Shown: positions 1-9,949 of the stretch, one piece after another
Numbering within the stretch: the first letter of the stretch is position 1
How the letters are laid out: each line of letters starts with the position of its first letter
Assembly (NCBI GenBank): GCA_965248435.1
Contig: OZ252100.1
Location: forward strand, 4,640,001-4,704,000
From: Candidatus Latescibacterota bacterium
Lineage (GTDB): Bacteria > Latescibacterota > UBA2968 > GCA-2709665
Length of the DNA stretch: 64,000 bases
Direction: 5' to 3'
Made by a program: the position numbers and the translations under genes
Notes under the pieces: model-generated
The model's input: only the letters and a program-made list of their open reading frames with translations
Database searches by the model: none
What the model was told of the DNA's origin: nothing

Positions 1-2
1 AG

Positions 3-1343
3 CGACGAGGTCCCTGGGCCGGCCCCCAATTTCAATGGGGCCCAGAAACGAGAGTAGATAAAAGTCAGTACTACTTAAGATTCATTTATCGATTTGAACC
101 GAGTGAATCACTAAGCATTACCCCCAGAATTCATTTGGATGTCACCGATCATGATGCACTCAATGAAGATGTGGCAGCCGGTCGTACTCTATTGGGCAAT
201 ACATTCACCGAAAGCGGTTTCACCAGAGAAAGCTACAAAACTCTCAATATTGGCACAGAAATCCTGGCTGAATACTCCCATAATGAAAATACCTTCTTGT
301 TGGGCGGTTTTGGCTTTGAAAACACGAAAATGACCAACTTTGACCTACAGAGAAACTATCGAGTAATTGGCTTTATCCCCAGAGCGAATTTTGGGAATCA
401 CGACAACTTAACCTTTGAACAAAACAACCAAGATAGACAAATCTACGCCGTTTTTGGGCAAGCTGAATTTCAATGGAGAGCTTTGTCGTTTACTCTAGGA
501 ACCAGATTGGATCACTATAGTAGCTTCGGTAACAGCGTCAATCCACGATTGGGTCTGGTTTATCATGCCAGCGAAAAGCTGCGTATTAAAGCACTGTTTG
601 GCTCTGCCTTCAGAGCGCCAACCTTCAAAGAACTCTACGACAATACCCGAATTGGGGCTGAAGGAATCCGTGGAAATAATGACCTTAAGCCGGAAGAAAG
701 CCAGAGTTTTGAACTCGCACTTGAATATCAATCAAATTCGTATCTATTGAAACTAAATCTGTACGATACCCGTAATGGTAATGTGATAGGAAGCTTTGAT
801 CCCAGTGGAGGAGGCGCTAGAGCCACGACAGAAAATATCGGAGATATAGATATTAAAGGTGCAGAGGTCGAAGTCACTTTCCAATTGTCAGACTCCGGTC
901 AGATGTTTTTCAACCTGGCTCGTTACCGTTCGTATTTCAACTGGAGTTCTGGCAGCTTGTTCGACAATCAGAGACGTTTCCTTGCAGGAAGAGGCCAAAA
1001 CGAACTATTCAACCAACCAAGGACCCGGGCTAATCTTGGATTAACCTTGTCTGGCAACAACTGGAAACTTTTCGCAAGCCTTAACTATGGCGGCAAAGCG
1101 AGTAATAACAGTACGTCTCCCATTGCAAGCTTGCGGAATCTGGAAGTCGATGCATACGTGCATTTTAGTGCCAGTATTCGTTATCAGTTTAACTCTAAGC
1201 TTGGTATCAAATTTGCCGCCAACAATCTCGGTGATGAGAAAAATTCGGATCCGGAAGGTTTCGAACAAAGTGAAAATTTCGGCTTTAAGGGCATTTTGCA
1301 ACCTGATGAAAGCTATATGCTGACGCTCGATTACCGATTTTAG
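3..1343 (+). CDS. TonB-dependent receptor, C-terminal beta-barrel part (5'-truncated by window edge)
   Basis: Frame is open from position 3; barrel motifs (LGTRLDHYSSFG, FGSAFRAPTFKELY, DLKPEESQSFE) and C-terminal Y-R-F. Confidence 0.9.
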   Translation, partial: RRGPWAGPQFQWGPETRVDKSQYYLRFIYRFEPSESLSITPRIHLDVTDHDALNEDVAAGRTLLGNTFTESGFTRESYKTLNIGTEILAEYSHNENTFLLGGFGFENTKMTNFDLQRNYRVIGFIPRANFGNHDNLTFEQNNQDRQIYAVFGQAEFQWRALSFTLGTRLDHYSSFGNSVNPRLGLVYHASEKLRIKALFGSAFRAPTFKELYDNTRIGAEGIRGNNDLKPEESQSFELALEYQSNSYLLKLNLYDTRNGNVIGSFDPSGGGARATTENIGDIDIKGAEVEVTFQLSDSGQMFFNLARYRSYFNWSSGSLFDNQRRFLAGRGQNELFNQPRTRANLGLTLSGNNWKLFASLNYGGKASNNSTSPIASLRNLEVDAYVHFSASIRYQFNSKLGIKFAANNLGDEKNSDPEGFEQSENFGFKGILQPDESYMLTLDYRF

Positions 1344-1425
1344 CGACTAACTGAGCGGAGGAACCCTCCGGCTTTGCAGGGGTCATGACTAAACATAAAC
1401 GGCACAACAGAACGGAGAAGAGCTC

Positions 1426-2208
1426 GTGAATGCACCCTTTGTGAAAGTGTTACTGACCTTTGCTCTGAGTATAGCACTCGTTGCGTGTGACAATACTGTT
1501 AATAGACCTGAAACCTCCGACATTGTCATAGGCTTTACTAACGTTCCACTAGACGCTCAGAGAGATGTAATAAGAAACGAAGAAGCTGCTCTTGGTAACC
1601 TTATCACTGATGCGATGCTTGCCTATGTAGTAGGCCTGGGAGAGCCCATCGACGGCGTACTAATAAACGGTGGAGGCATTCGTTACAATATTCAACGGCA
1701 TCCAGACGGCATTTATCCCGCTGGAGAGTTAACCGAGGATGATATCAAAGAAATGCTCCCCTTTGGCAATACTGGATTTATTGTACAAATGACAGGCAGT
1801 GAATTGAAATCGACGTTAGAGCGGAGTGTTCATGCCCTACCTGTACTCGAAGGAAGCTTCGGCACCGGTGCATTTTTGCAAGTTTCCGCCAACTTCAGGA
1901 TTATCGTAGACCTTGATCAGGCTGCTCAGGTTCTAAATGAGCTCGATGCAGAAACCACTATAGCTTCTCCAGGTGGACGAATAGTTAGCGTTCTGATTAA
2001 TGGACAACAATTAAGCCCAGATGAGAGCTATCAGATTTTCCTGCCTTCCTTTATTGCCTCAGGGGAGGATGGTTACCTGGCTGTAGGCGCAATACCTGAT
2101 AACGACAAAAAAGATCTGGGTCTTGATCTTGCCGTTCCGCTCGCGAGCTATTTTCGCAGTCAAGAAATCGTGACGCCTATCATTGAAGGAAGAATCATCA
2201 TTAATTGA
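1426..2208 (+). CDS. 5'-nucleotidase C-terminal-domain lipoprotein
   Basis: Lipobox LVAC; motifs E-AALGNLITDAM, INGGGIR, EMLPFGN, FLQVS; no metallophosphoesterase domain. Confidence 0.85.
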   Translation: MNAPFVKVLLTFALSIALVACDNTVNRPETSDIVIGFTNVPLDAQRDVIRNEEAALGNLITDAMLAYVVGLGEPIDGVLINGGGIRYNIQRHPDGIYPAGELTEDDIKEMLPFGNTGFIVQMTGSELKSTLERSVHALPVLEGSFGTGAFLQVSANFRIIVDLDQAAQVLNELDAETTIASPGGRIVSVLINGQQLSPDESYQIFLPSFIASGEDGYLAVGAIPDNDKKDLGLDLAVPLASYFRSQEIVTPIIEGRIIIN

Positions 2209-2333
2209 TCCTGACACAGGAGACACAGTCATTGTGGATCGGCTCGAACAAACGGAATGGCCCGTTGAATTCTTGGATGTTTTTGGCTCGGGTCCAGATC
2301 TTGACGTCTTGCAATTGTGTGCTTCGTGACAGA

Positions 2334-2438
2334 CATCCAGCTCTGCCGGACACCCTCGATCAGCTTCCGGCACTGACGGATCAGATCGCAGCACTTGTGG
2401 ATACGGATAGGAAAAGTACTCCGGAGGAGATGGCATGA
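2334..2438 (+). pseudogene. 3' remnant of a hybrid histidine kinase gene
   Basis: LPDTLDQLPALTDQIAALVD aligns with the C-terminus of the next kinase (LPKTLEGFPNMIGEIQALVA); ATGA overlap with it. Confidence 0.55.
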
Positions 2439-4360
2439 GCGCAACGGACGGTGCACACATCCTGATTGTCGACGACACCCTGAAGAACATCCAGCTGCTG
2501 GGCACCATCCTCCGCGAACGCAATTACCAGATCAGTGTTGCCCAGAACGGCAAGCAGGCACTGCAGATCGCGGGGGGGGATGCCGCGTTGCCGGATCTGA
2601 TCCTTCTCGATGTGATGATGCCCGAGATGGACGGGTTCGAGACGTGTGAACGGCTGAAGGCCGACCCGAAGACGAGAGATATACCGGTTATTTTTCTGAC
2701 GGCCAGGGTGGAGTCGGACGACATCGTTCGCGGCTTCGAGCTCGGCGCGGTGGACTACGTCACGAAGCCGTTCAACCAAGTCGAGCTTCTTCGACGGGTG
2801 AGCACACACTTGGAGCTGAAAGCGGCACGGGAGGCGGCCATCGCCGCAAACCGGGCGAAGTCCGCCTTCCTGGCAAATATGTCACACGAGATCCGGACGC
2901 CAATGAACAGCATTCTCGGGTTTGCGGAAATCCTGAACAGCATTGTCGAGGATACCCAGGCCAGAGAATACCTCAATTCCATCCAGGCCAGCGGCAGAAC
3001 TCTGCTCACCCTAATCAACGACATCCTGGATCTTTCGAAGGTGGAAGCCGGGAAGCTTGACATGGAATACACGGCGGTGAACGTCCGCTCGGTGTTTTAC
3101 GATATGTCGCAGGTTTTCGCTCAGAAGGTCGATGAGATAGGTCTCGAATTCAGGTCCGACATCCATCCGGACCTGCCCGAAGCGCTGATGCTGGACGAAG
3201 TGCGCCTGCGGCAGTGCCTGATCAACCTCATCGGCAATGCGGTCAAGTTCACAGACGAGGGGCATATCACATTGTCGGTCCGGAGCGAGGCTTCAGAGTG
3301 CGTGAACCGGGTAGACCTGCACATTGTCGTGGAAGATACCGGCATCGGGATACCGGCAGATCAGATCGACAGGATTTTCGAGGCATTCGAGCAGACCGTC
3401 GGGCAGAGCTACACGAAGTATGGGGGAACGGGTCTTGGGCTGGGGATTGTGAAAGGGCTGGTGGAGATGATGAATGGGGAAATCATGGTGGAGAGCGAAG
3501 AAGGTGAGGGGAGCACCTTCCGGATCACGCTCAGGGAGGTGGCGCTGGCATCGGCAGATGATCTGGATACTGAGAAGGAAAGCGCGGTTGATACAGACTC
3601 CGTGAGCTTTGCTCCGGCCACGGTTCTGGTCACCGACGATGTGGCGGACAATCGCAACCTGGTGATAGGATATCTGCAGGGGTATGATCTGGCCGTGCTG
3701 GAGGCGGAGAACGGGGCAGAGGCCGTGCAAGCGGCGCGGAGGCATCGTCCGGATCTGGTGATTATGGATATTAAGATGCCGGTGATGGATGGGTTCAAGG
3801 CGACTCGGATACTGAAGGCGGATGCGGAGCTGCGAGCCATCCCGGTGATCGCAGTGACCGCATCGGGGATGGGGGAATCCAAGCAGCAGGTCAGTCAGGC
3901 GTTTGACGGTTACTTAATAAAGCCAGTTAGCAGAGGTGAGTTGATTGCCGCATTAGCGCAATTCCTGCACCACACCAAGGTTGAGTCGGATTCCGAGCCT
4001 GCGGAATCGCCAGTCACGGTGGACGCCGTGGACACGTGGTCGCCTGAATCTATGGATGCTGACACTGTGGCACGTCTACCAGGTCTGGTGGAAATTCTGG
4101 AAGGTGAGCAACAAGCCACCTGGGAAGGTCTGCGCGGCGCCCTGGTGATAGACAAGCTGGAAACGTTTGCGGATCGGATCCGAAAACTTGGTGAGGAATA
4201 CGGGTATCCTCCGCTGGCGTCGTGGGGAGAACGGCTGATGCAGCAGGCAGAGATGTTTGACCTTGATGGGCTGCCAAAGACGCTGGAGGGATTCCCGAAC
4301 ATGATCGGGGAGATCCAGGCGCTTGTGGCGGAAGGACGGGTGGCAGGGGATAGCACGTAG
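2435..4360 (+). CDS. Hybrid sensor histidine kinase (REC-HisKA-HATPase-REC-helical tail)
   Basis: LILLDVMMP REC; H-box MSHEIRTPMN; NLIGNAVKFT, DTGIG, GGTGLGL; second REC MDIKMP. Confidence 0.95.
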   Translation: MSATDGAHILIVDDTLKNIQLLGTILRERNYQISVAQNGKQALQIAGGDAALPDLILLDVMMPEMDGFETCERLKADPKTRDIPVIFLTARVESDDIVRGFELGAVDYVTKPFNQVELLRRVSTHLELKAAREAAIAANRAKSAFLANMSHEIRTPMNSILGFAEILNSIVEDTQAREYLNSIQASGRTLLTLINDILDLSKVEAGKLDMEYTAVNVRSVFYDMSQVFAQKVDEIGLEFRSDIHPDLPEALMLDEVRLRQCLINLIGNAVKFTDEGHITLSVRSEASECVNRVDLHIVVEDTGIGIPADQIDRIFEAFEQTVGQSYTKYGGTGLGLGIVKGLVEMMNGEIMVESEEGEGSTFRITLREVALASADDLDTEKESAVDTDSVSFAPATVLVTDDVADNRNLVIGYLQGYDLAVLEAENGAEAVQAARRHRPDLVIMDIKMPVMDGFKATRILKADAELRAIPVIAVTASGMGESKQQVSQAFDGYLIKPVSRGELIAALAQFLHHTKVESDSEPAESPVTVDAVDTWSPESMDADTVARLPGLVEILEGEQQATWEGLRGALVIDKLETFADRIRKLGEEYGYPPLASWGERLMQQAEMFDLDGLPKTLEGFPNMIGEIQALVAEGRVAGDST

Positions 4361-4454
4361 AAGGGCATTGAGCGGAGTCCACCAGGGCCGGTTGCGAAGG
4401 TTTGTGAACGTACGGAGGGAACTGATGAACGAGGTCTATCCAGGAGATGAAGCT

Positions 4455-5447
4455 ATGGAAGCACAAAACGCGGACCCACAGATTCTGATTGTGGACGACA
4501 CCCCCAAGAACCTCCAAGTGCTGGGAACAGTGCTGAAAAAGGAAGGTTACAGCATTATTGTTGCTCAAAACGGGCTGCAGGCTCTGGAAGCCACTGAGAA
4601 AGTGCCTCCGGACTTGATCCTGCTGGACGTGATGATGCCGGAACTGGACGGGTTCGAGACGTGCAAACGGCTCAAGGAGAACCCGGAAACCCGGGAGATT
4701 CCCGTCATCTTCCTGACGGCGAGAATCGAAACAGAAGACATCGTCAAAGGGTTCGATTTTGGGGCGGTGGATTACGTGACGAAGCCGTTCAATGCCACGG
4801 AACTGCTGGCTCGATGCAGAACGCATCTGACGCTGCGGAGGCTGCAACTGCACCTGGGGCAACTTGTGGACGAACGGACCCGGGAGCTGCAGCTGGCCGT
4901 GGCGGCATTGAGGGGACGCGATGCCCTCTTGAAGCACATGCTCTACCTGCACAAGCCGGAGGAGACGCTGGGCATGGCGGTGAAGCTGGCGCTAGAACTG
5001 TGCGGCTGCGAAACAGGAGCGCTGTACACGCTGGATACGGACGGACGCATGGTGCTGAGGACAGCCGTGGGGTTCCAGCAACCCGGCGTGCCGGTGGAAG
5101 ATCCGGGCAGCCTGGGGCTGGAGGGGGCCGACGAAGCGACGTTCACGGAAGCCATAGAGAACCTGAAGCCGTCGCTGACGCAAGATCCGAGTGCCGCTCG
5201 GAGAAGGTTCGACATCCACAGCTTCGGAGTGCTGCCGATATGCCGGGGAGAGGAACTTCTCGCCCTGCTGGAGTTGGGGCGGAATCGGCAGAACGCGCTG
5301 GTGGAAGCGGTCCAGCTGGAAGCGCTCGAGGAGTTTCTCCCCTACGTGGTCATGGCCGTCGTAGACTGCAGGCTGCAGGAAGAGGTGCCGGACTGGAGCG
5401 GGGACGTGGATGAGATTTTGAGGGAGACGGACGAGTGGACGGAGTGA
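4455..5447 (+). CDS. Response regulator with C-terminal GAF-like domain
   Basis: REC domain, coiled coil LVDERTREL, GAF-like segment; GGAG RBS before ATG 4455. Confidence 0.85.
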   Translation: MEAQNADPQILIVDDTPKNLQVLGTVLKKEGYSIIVAQNGLQALEATEKVPPDLILLDVMMPELDGFETCKRLKENPETREIPVIFLTARIETEDIVKGFDFGAVDYVTKPFNATELLARCRTHLTLRRLQLHLGQLVDERTRELQLAVAALRGRDALLKHMLYLHKPEETLGMAVKLALELCGCETGALYTLDTDGRMVLRTAVGFQQPGVPVEDPGSLGLEGADEATFTEAIENLKPSLTQDPSAARRRFDIHSFGVLPICRGEELLALLELGRNRQNALVEAVQLEALEEFLPYVVMAVVDCRLQEEVPDWSGDVDEILRETDEWTE

Positions 5448-5513
5448 ACGAGCAGGTGTGGGGGGCGCGGGTTCAGCGGAGGGAAAGCGGAATAGCACGA
5501 GGATACTGAGCAT

Positions 5514-8270
5514 ATGAGCAAGTCACAGAAAAGCGGCGACACCGCGGACGGTAGCGACCACGACGAGGCCCTGGAGAAGTTCCTGGAGCGTGCGTCGGAG
5601 GAGATGGAGGGGTCAGGGGGTGGAGAGGTCGACCTGAGACGGCTTCCAGGGGAGCCGGGACACCGGCGGCTGAAGGTGATGGTGTCGGAGGACCGGATGG
5701 AAGCGCATCTGGAGGCCGTGTTTCCTGACACCAGGCTTGAGGAAGCGGCAGAGGCGCTGAGGCGGGAAGGGATCGTGCAGGGTATTCAGGAAGAGGTGCT
5801 GAAGGGGGCGCTTGAGCTTGCGGACCGGTCGGGCCGGCTGCACCGGGACGTGCTTGCGGCGAAAGGCCGGCCGGCCGTTTACAGGAAGCGCAAGGAAGTC
5901 AGCTATCCTTTCCTGGAGGAATTGAGGGACCTGAAGACCGGGGAAACGCTGCACCTGGCTTCCGCCCCCTTTCGTGAGGTCGAGGGGGTGATGGATAGCC
6001 CGAACATCGAAATGGTTCGGGGATACGGACACCCTGTGGCGGCGGCGATTTCCGGGGAAGTGCTGATGCTGGTGCGGGGAGAGGAAGAGATCGAACCCGG
6101 CGTGGACGTGTTCGGCAAAGAGATCCGGGAAGTGGTGGAAGACGAGCAGTCCATGATGAAGGCCGGTGAGAGGGTGGACGAAGACGAGAGCGGAACGCTG
6201 ATGTCTTTGTCCTTCGGGTATATCTCGGTGAGAAGGAGCCGGCTATCGACGCTCTCCCCGATCTGGATTTCTCAGGACCGGATGGAAGCCTACTTCGTCA
6301 ATCCCCCCCAAATAGGGGAGCGCAAGTGTCCGAGTCCGGAAGCGATCCTGAAGCTGCTGGAGGAGCAGGGCGTCTGTTTTGGAATCGACCGGAAGGTGAT
6401 CGATGAGATGTGCCGGGACCTGCAGCGAGGGAACCTACGGGAGTCGTGCGTTCGGGTGGCTGCGGGGAAGCGCCCCAATCTGAATAAGGGAGAGGTCGGG
6501 TTTACATTCGAGCCCGTTCCCCCGGCCCGGTTCGAGGCCGTGGTGGATGCGTTTCGGGCCCTGAGCCTGGAGGACGTGCTGGCGTGCTCGACGGAGGTGC
6601 AGGCCGTACACGCAGGGCAAGTGCTTGCCGAGCAGGCCGAAGGCGGAGGGGGACCTGAGCCCGGAAAGGACCTGTTCGGCGAAACCGTGGCACCACCCGA
6701 GACCACGCGGGACCGGAACGTATTCAAGGCGGGGGTCAACGTGCGGCGCGAGGTAGGGGAAGGGCACGTGCGCTTCATATCGGAGATTTACGGCTACGCC
6801 GGTGTGTTGAAGGACCAGATCCGGGTGGCATCGCCCATCTGGTTATCTCGGGACCGGATGGCAGCCCACTTCGTGGCGCTGTCCCAGCCCGAATCGGACA
6901 AACGTCCGACGGAACTGGAGATAGAGGCGCTGCTGGATCGGGCGCAGGTGCGGCACGGGGTGGATCGTGATGCAATCGCCGAGCTCTGCACGGTAGACGC
7001 AGAAGAGGAGACGCAGGAGGCGCGTTCGGTTTTGCTCGCTCGGGGCATGGCCCCCGAACCGGGGCAGGATGGGGTTGTGGAACTGCTTTACAAGCAGATG
7101 CCGGATCCCGGCAAGCTCCTGGAGGGGGGCAGGATGGATTTCAGAGAACGGGACACGGTGCCCCAGGTGAGCGTCGGGCAGCTCCTGGCGCGACGCGCGT
7201 TTCCCACGCCCGGCAATCCGGGGATGGATGTGAGGGGACGGGAAGTACCGCCGCCAAAGACCAGTCGAGGGTTGCTCTACGCAGGCGCGAATGTAGTGGC
7301 TGAAGAAAAGACCGGGGATGGGGGCAAAGAACAGCTTTTCTATGCCACAGGAGGAGGCTGGCCGCGCGTGGTAAAGGACACCCTGGCGGTGATGCAGCGA
7401 TTCCGCCAGAATGGCGATGTGGACTACCAGGTCGGCAACATCAAAATGGAAGGGGATGTGGAGATCGAGGGAACGGTGAAATCGCGGTTCACGGTGGAGG
7501 CCACCGGTGATGTGCTGATCGACGGAGCCGTGGAGCGGGGTGCCAGGGTGGTTGCGGGCGGGAACTTGGTAGTGCAAAGGGGTATCATCGGGGCACGGGT
7601 GAAGGCAGGGGGCAATCTCTATGCGCTGTTCATCCAGGACTCGGAGGTGACGGTTGGGGGCGACCTGCTGGTGCGGAAGTACTGCCAGAATTCGGAGGTT
7701 CAGGTCCAAGGAAAAGCTACGATACAGGGCGACCAGGGCGGCCAGCGTCAGCTCTGTCTGTTGGGGGGCACGCTGCTGGCGGCTCAGGAGATCGATGCGG
7801 CGTCCATCGGATCTTCCTACGGACGGGATACACGCGCAGTTGTCGGGGTGGACCCGGAAGTAGAAGCCAGGTTGGAGAAGTACAGTAAGGGGCTTTCGTT
7901 CTGCGACATCCGGATGCAGCGGGCGATGCGGACGCTTGAATCGCAGATCGGACCGCTGGACAGGAAAGGTGCAGTCGTGGGCGCCATCCAGAACGCTCGG
8001 CCGGGACAACGGGAATTCATGCGGACACAGTTGAAGGAGATCAGCGGCAACCAGAAGCTCAAAGTGAGCCTGGAGCACCACCTGGAGGACTTGAGAATCC
8101 AGCGCGTGGCGGCGGCCGCTCGGGCGCAGATCCGGGTTTCAGAGACGGCGTTTCAGCGGACCAACCTGCAGATCGGGCGGGTGTATCAGGCGCTTGACGA
8201 GAACATCCAGGGGGGGGTCTTCCAGTTGGATGAGGAACGCGAAAGAATCGTGTACAGAGGCCCGGGTTGA
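5514..8270 (+). CDS. FapA (DUF342) family protein with repeated N-terminal modules
   Basis: Three S-x-DRM-x-A repeats; PGxDV-G motifs; beta-helix GDVDYQVGNIKMEGDVEIEGTV; C-terminal coiled coil. Confidence 0.85.
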   Translation: MSKSQKSGDTADGSDHDEALEKFLERASEEMEGSGGGEVDLRRLPGEPGHRRLKVMVSEDRMEAHLEAVFPDTRLEEAAEALRREGIVQGIQEEVLKGALELADRSGRLHRDVLAAKGRPAVYRKRKEVSYPFLEELRDLKTGETLHLASAPFREVEGVMDSPNIEMVRGYGHPVAAAISGEVLMLVRGEEEIEPGVDVFGKEIREVVEDEQSMMKAGERVDEDESGTLMSLSFGYISVRRSRLSTLSPIWISQDRMEAYFVNPPQIGERKCPSPEAILKLLEEQGVCFGIDRKVIDEMCRDLQRGNLRESCVRVAAGKRPNLNKGEVGFTFEPVPPARFEAVVDAFRALSLEDVLACSTEVQAVHAGQVLAEQAEGGGGPEPGKDLFGETVAPPETTRDRNVFKAGVNVRREVGEGHVRFISEIYGYAGVLKDQIRVASPIWLSRDRMAAHFVALSQPESDKRPTELEIEALLDRAQVRHGVDRDAIAELCTVDAEEETQEARSVLLARGMAPEPGQDGVVELLYKQMPDPGKLLEGGRMDFRERDTVPQVSVGQLLARRAFPTPGNPGMDVRGREVPPPKTSRGLLYAGANVVAEEKTGDGGKEQLFYATGGGWPRVVKDTLAVMQRFRQNGDVDYQVGNIKMEGDVEIEGTVKSRFTVEATGDVLIDGAVERGARVVAGGNLVVQRGIIGARVKAGGNLYALFIQDSEVTVGGDLLVRKYCQNSEVQVQGKATIQGDQGGQRQLCLLGGTLLAAQEIDAASIGSSYGRDTRAVVGVDPEVEARLEKYSKGLSFCDIRMQRAMRTLESQIGPLDRKGAVVGAIQNARPGQREFMRTQLKEISGNQKLKVSLEHHLEDLRIQRVAAAARAQIRVSETAFQRTNLQIGRVYQALDENIQGGVFQLDEERERIVYRGPG

Positions 8271-8290
8271 GAGGCAAGGAGGCCGGTGCT

Positions 8291-9430
8291 ATGGACGAGC
8301 TGAACAGAGGTCTGCTGATCCTCATCGTAGACGACACCCCCAGGAACCTCCAGGTGCTGGGAACTATGCTGAGAAAGGAAGGCTACAGCATTATTCTTGC
8401 TCAAAACGGGCTTCAGGCTCTGGAAGCCACTGAGAAAGCGCCTCCGGACCTGATCCTGCTGGACGTGATGATGCCGGAACTGGACGGGTTCGAGACGTGC
8501 AAACGGCTCAAGGAGAACCCGGCAACCCGGGAGATTCCCGTCATCTTCCTGACGGCGAGAATCGAAACAGAAGACATCGTCAAAGGGTTCGAACTGGGGG
8601 CGGTGGATTACGTGACCAAGCCGTTCAACGCCACGGAACTGCTGGTGAGGGTCGGTTCCCATCTGGCGCGAATCCTGTTGCAGCGGGCGCTTGCGGAGCG
8701 TATGGAGGAGATCGCACGGATGAAAAGGGAGCACGAAGCCTTCCTGCGCCACGAGCTTAAGAACCGAATTACGCCCATTCTAGGCTATTCAGAACAGCTC
8801 TCACAGTTGGGTGGGGACAAGCTGAGCGATTACGAGCAGGAATGGTTGGCCGCCATCTTTGAGGGTGCCAAGAACGTGGTAGGGCTTATCAACGCGATGA
8901 AGCAGTTGCAGGACTTCGAAGCGGGCAAGTTCCAGCTTAATAAACGCCGCATCGGGCTGGGGATGCTTGTCAAACAGGTCATCGCAGACCTGAAGACTGT
9001 GTATGGGAACCTGGTGGAGATCTGCTGCGAGGATAAGCTGACGAATGAATCTGTGGAGGCAGATGAGAACCTTCTGATCGGGGTGTTTCAGAATCTAGTC
9101 AAGAATGGTGTCGAACACATTATGGAACAGGAAGACGACACAGAACGACGGACGGACGTTCGGCTTTACAATGAGAACGGGTATGTCGTCGTGGAGGTCA
9201 ACAACGGCGGGGAACCCATCCCTGCCGAGAGATTGGGGTCGTTCTTTGAGAAGTTCAACACGGATAAGAAAGGGAAACACGGAACGGGGCTTGGGACAAC
9301 GTATGCCTATCTCGTGACCAGGGCCCACGTCGGCGAGATTTCGGTGACATCCAACGAAGCAGACGGCACCACGGTGACGGTAAGACTGCCACAGGCTCGC
9401 GGAGGAGAGGATGCAGGAGGCGCGATATGA
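8291..9430 (+). CDS. Hybrid response regulator/histidine kinase (REC-HisKA-HATPase)
   Basis: REC; H-box FLRHELKNRITPI; NLVKNG; GTGLGT. Confidence 0.9.
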   Translation: MDELNRGLLILIVDDTPRNLQVLGTMLRKEGYSIILAQNGLQALEATEKAPPDLILLDVMMPELDGFETCKRLKENPATREIPVIFLTARIETEDIVKGFELGAVDYVTKPFNATELLVRVGSHLARILLQRALAERMEEIARMKREHEAFLRHELKNRITPILGYSEQLSQLGGDKLSDYEQEWLAAIFEGAKNVVGLINAMKQLQDFEAGKFQLNKRRIGLGMLVKQVIADLKTVYGNLVEICCEDKLTNESVEADENLLIGVFQNLVKNGVEHIMEQEDDTERRTDVRLYNENGYVVVEVNNGGEPIPAERLGSFFEKFNTDKKGKHGTGLGTTYAYLVTRAHVGEISVTSNEADGTTVTVRLPQARGGEDAGGAI

Positions 9431-9519
9431 GGCGGAGCAGCAAAGACAGCGTTTCTTCCGCACGAGTGGGCGATTGATACAAACACTCGGCTTCCATCGC
9501 CAGCGTATCGTAATCGCAT

Positions 9520-9559
9520 AAGCAGGAGGTCACGGGTTCGAGTCCAGTATCGCCCACCA
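9520..9559 (+). tRNA. 3' half of a tRNA-Val-like gene (att-site remnant, not a complete tRNA)
   Basis: AAGCAGGAGGTCACGGGTTCGAGTCCAGTATCGCCCACCA has a T-arm and CCA; D arm and anticodon are missing. Confidence 0.7.
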
Positions 9560-9573
9560 GTCAATGAAATCAT

Positions 9574-9606
9574 GGCAAAGCTCTGTAATTAGGGCTTTGC
9601 CTTTTC
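9574..9606 (+). terminator. Hairpin with U-tract after the tRNA fragment
   Basis: GGCAAAGCTCT-gtaatt-AGGGCTTTGCC-TTTT. Confidence 0.55.
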
Positions 9607-9818
9607 TGTTGCGGGGGAATCAATCTGAAGGAAGCTTTGACTGGACAGACTGTCCTCCCAAAGTTCAGCTCTGGGTCTCCATAAAGTCTCCATCGAAATG
9701 TACAAACCGGTTGTATTGCATTTTCCTTGATTTAATTTCATTAAAGTCATATCCTTTTGGGCATCAGCGAGTTGTGGATAAACTTGTTGCAGCCCAATGA
9801 GTTACATAATCCTTCAGA

Positions 9819-9865
9819 GTGGATTTGTAATCCGTAGGTTGGGGGTTCGAGTCCCCTGGGCGGCT
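9819..9865 (+). tRNA. 3' part of a tRNA-Thr(UGU) gene (att-site remnant or pseudo-tRNA)
   Basis: GTGGA-TTTGTAA-TCCGT anticodon arm, GGGGG-TTCGAGT-CCCCT T arm, GGGCGGCT acceptor strand; no canonical D arm. Confidence 0.7.
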
Positions 9866-9949
9866 TTAAAACACGTGGATCGTGGATCGTCGCTCGTCGT
9901 TCGCAAGCAGAAGTCAGTTCACCGCTTGGACCTTGCCCGGGAGTGGGCT

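Noticed and set aside
9468-9559. Intact or intron-containing tRNA-Val
   Set aside because: No D arm or anticodon stem can be formed; treated as a fragment.
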